DNA from: Nitrospirota bacterium
GTDB taxonomy: Bacteria; Nitrospirota; UBA9217
Reading direction: 5' to 3'
Assembly (NCBI GenBank): GCA_963754875.1
Contig: CAVWHO010000016.1
Location: 70,286-134,285 of the forward strand
Length of the DNA: 64,000 nt
Numbering within the stretch: the first letter of the stretch is position 1; every line of letters starts with the position of its first letter. Under the pieces are notes generated by a model. The model searched no databases. It was not told where the DNA came from and worked only from the letters and a program-made list of their open reading frames with translations. This document shows positions 56,670-64,000 of this stretch, in pieces. The translations under genes and the position numbers were made by a program.

Positions 56670-58018
56670 AAAAACTATTTGGAACCGATGGGGTCCGGGG
56701 AGTGGCGAACAAGGATCCCATGACTTCGGAGATGGCGCTCCGCATCGGCAGGGCCGCGGCCCATGTGTTCCGCGATTCTGCACGCAGGCACCGCATCGTT
56801 ATCGGCAAAGACACGAGATTGTCGGGCTATATGATCGAAAGCGCACTGACATCGGGCCTCTGCTCCATGGGTATGGACGTGCTGCTCATCGGGCCGGTGC
56901 CCACGCCGGGGATTGCATTCCTGACCAGGAGTCTGCGGGCCGACGCAGGTGTCGTTATTTCTGCGTCGCATAACCCCTACGAAGACAACGGGATCAAATT
57001 CTTCGGCAGGGACGGATTCAAGCTTCCTGATGAGACGGAAGAAAAGATGGAGGAACTGATCTATTCCGGCGAGATCGACGCCATCCGGCCCACGGCCGCA
57101 GAAATCGGCAAGGCGAACCGCATCGACGATGCAATCGGCAGATACAATGAGTTTGTGAAATCATCGATTCCCCGCGGCATGGACCTCTCGGGACTGCGCA
57201 TTGTCGTCGATTCGGCAAACGGCGCGGCATACAAGATAGGCCCGCGCATCCTCATGGAACTGGGAGCAGACGTTATTTCCCTGTACGACCAGCCAACCGG
57301 CATGAACATCAACCAGGGTTGCGGCTCGCTCTATCCCGAAGTCATCTCACGGGCCGTCGTGGCCAACCAGGCACAGGTCGGGATCGCTTTTGACGGGGAC
57401 GCGGACCGGATCATTTTCTGCGACGAACGCGGCACGGTGGTGGACGGCGACACAGTCATGGCGATCTGCGCACTCAGGATGATGAAGGAAGGCAGGCTCA
57501 AGCAGAACACGCTTGTTGCCACGGTCATGAGCAATCTCGGTCTTGAACTCGCAATGCAGCACGCGGGCGGCAAGCTGGTTGCGAGCTGCAGTCGGCGACC
57601 GGTATGTCATGGAGAAAATGCTGTCGGGCGGCTTCAATCTCGGAGGCGAGCAGTCGGGCCACATCATCTTCCTGGACCACAATACTACGGGCGATGGCCT
57701 CATTTCCGCGCTCCAGGTCCTTACGATCATGAAGCAGTCGAACAAACCCTTGTCCGAGCTGGCGACGTGCATGAAGACCTATCCCCAGATCCTTGTGAAC
57801 GTGAAAGGTAAAACAACGGCAGCGACCTCTTATCGATTCCCGAAATTTCGAAGCACATGGCCGAGATCGAGAAGAAGCTTGACGACACCGGACGTCTGCT
57901 CGTGCGGTACTCCGGTACGGAACCCAAGGTCCGCGTCATGATCGAAGGAGAAAATCAGCAGGAGATCAAGGTGCTTGCCGAGGACCTGGCCGGGCTTATC
58001 AAGGAAAAGCTCGGCTGA
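56666..58018 (+). pseudogene. glmM: Phosphoglucosamine mutase GlmM, carrying two compensating frameshifts: a +1 near 57580, and a -1 in an A-run near 57806-57813
   Basis: Frame 2 from 56666 gives [15 protein letters not shown]...[16 protein letters not shown]...[20 protein letters not shown]. Frame 0 from about 57581 continues [47 protein letters not shown]...QILVNVKGK. Frame 2 from about 57808 finishes [67 protein letters not shown], with the stop at 58016-58018. Confidence 0.7.
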
Positions 58019-58087
58019 GAATCGGATCCAGGCTTAAAATGTAGATACCGTTTCGCGCGTCTCGTTGATAATGCGGATAGGGAATAG

Positions 58088-60664
58088 ATGGGATACGTGT
58101 CATTCAGTACTCGCAGGTTTCTACTCTCTCTATGCACAAACCCGTCATCACTATCGCGCTCGCTTACCTCGCAGGCCTTCTGCTCGGGCACGGGTTTCTG
58201 TACTTCCCTCTTTCCCATCAGCATCATTTTTGTTCTCAGCCTGCTGGCATTAGGCATTGCCACCTGGTCTCGTAAATGCACTCTCCGCCAGTATCTGATC
58301 CTCACCATCCCGGGTGTCATCGGCATGGCAGCATATATCTATGCCGCAGCCTGGCTTCCTTCGGACCACTATACCCGGGTTTTCCAGCCTGACAGGAATG
58401 TCGCGGCTCATTACGGGCATGGTCGCTTCGCCGCTCGATCGTAACCCGGGCCGAACTGCATTCGATTTGAGCCTGCTCGATATTGACGGAACCCGCGTCA
58501 GCGGCAGGGTCCGCGTGAACGTACGCGAGGAACTGACGGCCTTGGGCTACGGCGACCGCATCCGCGTCTCCGGCATGCTGTCCGAACCGAGAGGGTCCAA
58601 TAACCTGGGCGGCTTTGATTACCCTGCATACCTGGCCCAGAACGGCATCTATTTCACGGTGAATGTAAAGAACGCCGAGAAAATCGACATCCTCAGCCGC
58701 GGCACGGGCATTTTCAGGACGATCCAGGACTGGCGCGAGCGAATCCGCCAGGCGTTCCTCGCGTCAACGACCGGTCAAGGCTCTGCCATCATCCAGGCCA
58801 TGGTGCTGGGAGAAGAGGGCGGGCTGACGGACGAAGTGCGCGACCGGTTCATGGCAGCGGGGGTCACGCACATCATCTCCATCTCCGGGTCTCACCTCGG
58901 CATGGTGGCGGTCCTTTGCTTCGGCCTGATCAGGGGCCTGCTGTTCCTGATGCCGGAACGGCTTCTACCACCGTTTGACCCTCTTCACCGACCCGAAAAA
59001 AATTGCCGCATGGCTTACCTTGCCGCTCGTGATTTTTTACACGCTCCTCGCAGGCGGACAGGTCGCCACGGTCCGCTCGCTCGTCATGATAGCGGCCGGG
59101 CTGGCCGCGCTCATCCTGGACCGCGAACATGCGCTCATGCAGTCCCTCGCGCTTGCGGCCCTCCTCATCCTGGGAACAAACCCGCAGGCCATCTTCGACA
59201 TCTCCTTCCAGCTTTCCTTTCTCTCGGTTTTCGTCATCGGCGCCGCTGTTGACCTCTGGAATGAACTGCAGATCGAGGCGAAGACTACGCCTGCAAAAAA
59301 TCAGGAATACACTGGTTCTTCTCATCATCATTTCTCTGTCCACCAGCCTTGCGACAGGGCCGCTCGTGGCTCATTATTTCAACCAGATCTCGTTCGCCGG
59401 TCTCCTATCGAATATCGTCGTGGTGCCGTTTGCCGGCATGGTCGTCGTGCCGCTGGGACTTTTCTCGGGCATTCTTTCCCTCTTTACCCATCATCTGCCC
59501 CTCGCCGGTCTTAACCAAACCGTGGCCGACGTCTTTATCGCCGTCGTTGCCTTTTTCGCGGATTTCCCGTTCGCTGAATTTCATCCTCCTTCGCCCAACA
59601 TTCTGTGGTTGATGTTTGCAGCAATCTTTCTTTTCTCTTTGTTTGGAGTAGTCAGAGCGTGGCTGCTTTTCCGGTTCAACCCTTTTGAAAACACGTCCCG
59701 GATATCAAGAGGTTCCCTGCTTGGGATGGCAATCGCAGGCGGTACCCTTCTCTTCCTCTCAGTACATGCCGCCCTGCCGAGCGGAAGAACGGAGGTCGCC
59801 TTTCCTGACGTCGGCCAGGGAGACTGCGCGCTCGTAGAACTGGCGACAGGCAAGAGGGTCCTGATAGATTCCGGCGGCACGCGCGACAACAGATTTGATA
59901 TGGGGAGACACGTGGTGGCCCCGTATCTCTGGAATAGGGGTGTGTATAAGCTTGATCTTGTCGTGTTGTCTCATCCCCATCCGGACCATATGAACGGGCT
60001 CTTGTTTATTCTGAAGAAGTTCAGGGTGGGAGAGGTCTGGACCACAGGCCGTGATACAGAATTGCCCGGTTACGCCGAATTGTTACGCATTGCCGTAGAA
60101 AAAGGGATCGCCACACACATTGTATCGGCTGACGACCCTCCGGTCATGCTCGGCGGAGCGGAACTACGTGTCCTCCATCCGGCCGCAACATTTAAGCCCC
60201 GGACGAAAAAAGCGTACGATGCCGAGAACAACGATTCCCTGGTCCTGCGCATCGCTGATGATCAGAAAGTATTTTTATTTCCCGGGGACATCGGGGCGCC
60301 GGCGGAGAGCTACCTGGTACAGCATGCGTCCGGGCTTGCATGCGACCTGCTCAAGGTCCCGCACCATGGAAGCAAAAGTTCGAGCACCGAAGGCTTTGTT
60401 GCACTCAGCCGGCCGAAGATCGTTGTGGTGACCGTGGGCAGAGGCAACCTCTATCATCATCCCGCGGATGATGTCCTCGCGCGGTACGAGAGCATAGGGA
60501 GCCGGATCTTCCGGACGGACAATGACGGCGAAGTCATGATAAGAAATCTCTCAGGCAAGCTCGAGGTAGAATCGTGGAACACGCTGGTTCTGAGAAAAAT
60601 AGACTTGAGGCGATCGGGCGTCCTGGAGAGAGCGGGAACGAGGAGAACTGGAGGAGGCTGGTGA
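58088..60664 (+). pseudogene. comEC: ComEC/Rec2 DNA-uptake channel (DUF4131, Competence domain, metallo-beta-lactamase), fragmented into four ORFs by three +1 shifts
   Basis: The pieces are 58088-58444 (frame 2, N-terminal TM), 58314-59252 (frame 0: GGFDYPAYLAQNGIYF...AAGVTHIISISGSHLGMVAVL), 58975-59514 (frame 1, TM region) and 59129-60664 (frame 2: TM region plus MBL fold VLSHPHPDHMNGL...VPHHGS). The shift sites are near 58314-58444, 58957-58977 and 59265-59280. Confidence 0.65.
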
Positions 60665-61574
60665 TCAGGACAGCGGGGACTTGATGGGATAGACCTTCAG
60701 AAAATTCAGAAACTCCTTGGCAGTATGGGTGCAGTAATTGCGCTTCGGCGAAATGATGCTGAAATTTCTATGGAACTTGACGTCCTTAAAGGTCAGTGCC
60801 TTGAGGGTGCCGTGCTTGAGCGCCGGGCGCGCCGCCCAGGCTGACACGATCGAGACGCCCATCCCCTCTTCCACGGCGCTTTTGATCGCTTCGATGCTGC
60901 CGAGTACAAGGGCTATCTTGAGGTGGTCCAGCTTGATGCCGTGGTCTTCGAGGTGTTTCAGGATGATCTGGCGCGTGCCGGACCCCTCTTCCCGGAGAAT
61001 GAGCGGTTCCTTGATCAGGTCCATGCCCGGGAATGTTGCGGCGATCGGCCCAGGGGTGGGCAGGCGACACGATCACCACCAGTTCATCGGACAATAGTGT
61101 GTCGACGGTAAAGCGCTGTTTGCTCACGTCGCCTTCCACCAGGGCCATGTCGATCTCGCCTGCATTCAGTTTCTCGGTTATGATCTTCGTATTGTTTATG
61201 ACCAGCGAAATATTGACCTGGGGGACCTTTTTCTTGAAGGCGGCAATGATCGACGGGAGAAGATAGTTGCCGATCGTCATGCTGGCGCCGACGGAGAGCG
61301 AGCCTTTGATGGCGCCGGTGATCTCACTGATGTTTTTCTGAGCCTCGGCGTAAAGTGCGAGGATTTCTTTCGCCCGCTTATAGAGGATCTCGCCGGCCGG
61401 CGTCAGGTTGATGGTATTCCCCGACCGGTCGAACAGCCGCGTCTCATACAGTTCTTCCATGGCTTGCACCTGCAAGCTCACAGCCGGCTGGGTCAGATGA
61501 ATCAGCTCCGAAGCCTTGGAAAAGCTTTTGGTGTCTGCGACAGCGCAGAATACTCTCAGTTTATGGTCTTCCAT
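60665..61574 (-). pseudogene. LysR-family transcriptional regulator split by a 1-nt insertion near 61040-61065
   Basis: ORF 60786-61574 encodes the HTH (FSKASELIHLTQPAVSLQVQAMEE) and the first half of the substrate-binding domain, up to VIVSPAHPWA. The rest (DLIKEPLILREEGSGTRQ...) is in the +1 frame (ORF 60665-61024). Confidence 0.65.
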
Positions 61575-61816
61575 AATTTAACAAGATTGTTCGAACTAGT
61601 TATGTACTCCGATGATGAGTTGCTATGAGAACAGCCCGGATGTGGCACTTCGTTTATTATTTATAAATCAAACCCCTAGCGAAGTCAAGGAGTTTATAGA
61701 CGCGAGGCCGTGCGAGCCAGCGTGTAAAAAAGTGCAACGCTAAATTTAGCTTGACATTTTCCCCTGGATGGTTAAAATGCACAGGTTTTCCTGATATTAA
61801 TGGAGGTGAAGTTACC

Positions 61817-61990
61817 ATGGCAGAAATGAGCAAAACCGCAAAAGCAGCCACCAAGAAGGCTGTTGTCAATCTCAACGTGCCACAGTGCTGCGGCAAACCC
61901 ATGCAGGCGGCGAAGATGATGACGACGACCGGAAAGGTCCGCGGTATGATGTGGTTGTGTGACAAGTGTTGGAAAGAAAAGGCGATTTAG
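61817..61990 (+). CDS. Small (57-aa) Cys-containing protein, possible zinc ribbon
   Basis: GGAGGTG 7 nt upstream of the ATG. MAEMSKTAKAATKKAVVNLNVPQCCGKPMQAAKMMTTTGKVRGMMWLCDKCWKEKAI. A strong terminator follows. Confidence 0.45.
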   Translation: MAEMSKTAKAATKKAVVNLNVPQCCGKPMQAAKMMTTTGKVRGMMWLCDKCWKEKAI

Positions 61991-62019
61991 ACTAATCGTC
62001 GAATTTGAGGTTTAATCAA

Positions 62020-62047
62020 GGCGGTGAGCATCTCACCGCCTTTTTTT
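62020..62047 (+). terminator. Rho-independent terminator (9-bp GC-rich stem ggcggtgag/ctcaccgcc, 3-nt loop, T7 tail)
   Basis: ggcggtgagcatctcaccgccttttttt read directly from the sequence. Confidence 0.7.
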
Positions 62048-62440
62048 GCGCTAACTGGTTTCTTCCTGTTTTGAGCTTTGAACCGGCAATACTGCAAGCA
62101 GCGCCAGGTCGTGCTTCAGCACATCTCATGCTTCCATATCTTGATCTTGGCAAAGTCGTGCAACGCTCACTGGTGTGGTGATTCCTCGCCCGTACTTCGG
62201 ACAATTCATTTCATTCTCCCTATTTCACGCTTCCGTCTTCGTCCCGGCCTGACCAGTTCAACAGATAAAGTTCTTCAGTCATATCATAAAGATCCGCCTC
62301 TTGTGAAGGCAGGAGTTCCCTGTTGCAAATACGTGCCGTTTGTGATATTTTAGGGTCGTTTCAAAAATGGCGACGAGCACCAGTATCCCGATTCGTGCAT
62401 CATCAATTCATCCTGCCCCGAAGGAGCGTTACCGAAACCC

Positions 62441-63067
62441 ATGGCCCTTTTCCCGAAAAAAATAGACTTTTTTGAAATGTTCGACCGCGCCCTTGAAAAT
62501 CTGACGCGGGCAGCAGACGTGCTCGTCGACATGTTCAGTAACTTCGAAAGTTTTGAAAAATTCGAAAAAAGGGCAAAATCGATCTACGAATTCGAGCAGG
62601 AAGGCGACATGCTCACGCATGACATCATGAAGGAACTGAACAAAACGTTTCTCACGCCCATCGACCGCGAGGACATTCACGCATTAGCGTCCCGGATCGA
62701 CGATGTGCTCGACCTGATCTGGGCCGCTGTGGACAGGATGGTCGTGTACCGGATCGACAAGCCTACAGCCGAGGTCATTTCCATAGCCGAAGATCTGCAG
62801 ATGACGGCAGACGTTCTGAAGAAGTCACTCCGCGAACTCCGTACGAAACAGTACTCCCATGTGCAGGAACACTGCATCGAAGTCAACCGGCTCGAGAACA
62901 GGATCGACCGCAAGTATCGCGACGCTCTCGGCAAACTACTGAACGACCACAGCGATCCCATCTATATCATCAAATGGAAGGACATCTACCAGCTCTTCGA
63001 AGACGCCTCGGACCGGGCGGAAGACATCGCCAACATCCTCGAAACCATAGTCCTCAAACATGCATGA
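62441..63067 (+). CDS. PhoU-like (DUF47/TIGR00153) phosphate-transport regulator, partner of Pit
   Basis: 208 aa helical protein with the paired three-helix PhoU-like repeats typical of Pit-associated PhoU_div proteins. It overlaps the downstream pit start by 8 nt. Confidence 0.75.
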   Translation: MALFPKKIDFFEMFDRALENLTRAADVLVDMFSNFESFEKFEKRAKSIYEFEQEGDMLTHDIMKELNKTFLTPIDREDIHALASRIDDVLDLIWAAVDRMVVYRIDKPTAEVISIAEDLQMTADVLKKSLRELRTKQYSHVQEHCIEVNRLENRIDRKYRDALGKLLNDHSDPIYIIKWKDIYQLFEDASDRAEDIANILETIVLKHA

Positions 63068-64000
63068 AATCCTGGTTCTGATCATAGTTCTCGCGGTATT
63101 TTTCGATATCGCGAATGGATGGCATGACAGTGCAAACGCCATCGCCACCGTCGTATCGACCAAGGTGCTCTCGCCAATGACGGCCGTAGTCATGGCCGCC
63201 GGCATGAACATCCTGGGCGCCTTCCTCTCGACTGCCGTGGCGAAAACCATCGGCTCGGGCATCGTCGACCCCCTGGCGGTCACGGACCTGGTAATCATCT
63301 CCGCGCTGCTTTCTGCCATACTGTGGAACCTCATAACGATCCTCATGGGCCTTCCCGTCAGTTCCTCACACGCACTCTTTGGTGGGCTCGCAGGAGCCGC
63401 CATGGCGCACGGCGGTGCCGGCATCCTGAACGGCGGCGGGATCATCAAGATCCTCACCTCGCTCCTCATCTCTCCAATCTTCGGGCTCGTGTTCGGCTAT
63501 CTCTTCATGAAGCTGATTCTGTATTTGTTCGGGCAGCTCTCTCCCGGCGTGATCAGCAAGTACTTCGGCAGACTCCAGATAGTATCCTCGGCATTCATGG
63601 CCTTCGGCCACGGCTCCAATGACGCACAGAAAGCCATGGGCATCATTACCATGGCCCTTATGAGTGGCGGCGTAATCACGACCCTCGACGTGCCGAAGTG
63701 GGTCATCCTGATCTGTGCCCTGGCCATGGGCTTCGGTACGCTCTTTGGTGGGTGGAAGATCATCAAGACCCTCGGCGTGAAAATGTTGAAACTCGAACCC
63801 ATTCACGGGTTCGCTGCGGAAACGTCCTCGACGGCGATAATCATTGCAGCAAGCCATATCGGTATGCCGGTAAGCACCACCCATGTTGTTTCCGCGGCCA
63901 TCCTCGGCGTCGGCGCAACAAAACGTCTCTCAGCCGTCCGCTGGGGCATCGCCGGTAAAATCGTCATGGCCTGGGTGCTTACGCTGCCGGCCTGCATCGC
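63060..64000 (+). CDS. pit: Inorganic phosphate transporter, PiT/PHO4 family (N-terminal part; the 3' end is beyond the window)
   Basis: Translation from the ATG at 63060 gives MHEILVLIIVLAVFFDIANGWHDSANAIATVVSTKVLSPMTAVVMAAGMNILGAFL... The GxHDxANxIAT motif is the PHO4 signature. The frame stays open to the window end, so it is absent from the ORF track. Confidence 0.8.
   Translation, partial: MHEILVLIIVLAVFFDIANGWHDSANAIATVVSTKVLSPMTAVVMAAGMNILGAFLSTAVAKTIGSGIVDPLAVTDLVIISALLSAILWNLITILMGLPVSSSHALFGGLAGAAMAHGGAGILNGGGIIKILTSLLISPIFGLVFGYLFMKLILYLFGQLSPGVISKYFGRLQIVSSAFMAFGHGSNDAQKAMGIITMALMSGGVITTLDVPKWVILICALAMGFGTLFGGWKIIKTLGVKMLKLEPIHGFAAETSSTAIIIAASHIGMPVSTTHVVSAAILGVGATKRLSAVRWGIAGKIVMAWVLTLPACI

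Noticed and set aside
1-64000. CRISPR arrays, integrases, transposases or other mobile-element hallmarks.
   Set aside because: No regularly spaced direct repeats and no recombinase-like ORFs were seen. The only repeat structures are the tolA hexanucleotide, the tolQ-upstream palindrome and the 13-bp tandem near 46.1 kb.

Overview
This 64-kb window is GC-rich bacterial chromosome. The gene content and order suggest a Deltaproteobacteria-like genome, possibly Geobacter or Desulfuromonas, but I cannot confirm this without a database search. The evidence for that guess is a PpcA-like triheme cytochrome c7, chemoreceptor and kinase sensor domains carrying c-type haem motifs, several sigma-54 promoters with an NtrC-type activator, and the gene order tRNA(CAT)-tilS-hpt-ftsH-folP-cdaA-cdaR-glmM.

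Most of the window is housekeeping. From the minus strand: a response-regulator/7TM-PAS kinase/Cache-SBP/HAMP-sensor operon; tolQ-tolR-tolA-tolB; trxB with two moeA paralogs; a GAF-GGDEF cyclase; the dnaJ-hspR-clpB heat-shock operon; aspS. From the plus strand: a DksA-like gene, tilS, hpt, ftsH, folP, cdaA, cdaR, glmM, comEC, a PhoU-like gene and a Pit transporter.

The standout is one intact 7,920-nt ORF (21934-29853, 2,639 aa). It appears to fuse, in order, FixC-like ETF:quinone oxidoreductase, FixX-like ferredoxin, a catalytically degenerate ACAD-like domain, a canonical acyl-CoA dehydrogenase, EtfB and EtfA. That would put a whole acyl-CoA-to-quinone flavin electron-transfer chain on one polypeptide. 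A small membrane-anchored dihaem cytochrome c is encoded divergently from it.

A second notable locus (35.1-41.8 kb) is a putative redox-sensing island under sigma-54 promoters: a CheY-like regulator, two paralogous uncharacterised Cys-rich small proteins, cytochrome c7, a hybrid histidine kinase and a chemoreceptor that each carry a CxxCH motif in the periplasmic sensor domain.

At least ten frameshifts interrupt otherwise recognisable genes: moeA-PBP, GGDEF, a multi-PAS kinase, glmM (two compensating shifts), comEC (three) and a lysR gene. Several sit at homopolymer runs, so assembly error versus real pseudogenisation needs to be resolved from reads. There are also truncated remnants of an sqr gene next to an ArsR-family regulator, and of a PlpD-like patatin-Omp85 gene with an in-frame TGA.

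The ORF track calls starts at ATG, GTG or TTG and omits ORFs that run off the window. It therefore misses the partial sensor gene at 1-889 (minus) and the partial pit gene from 63060 (plus).
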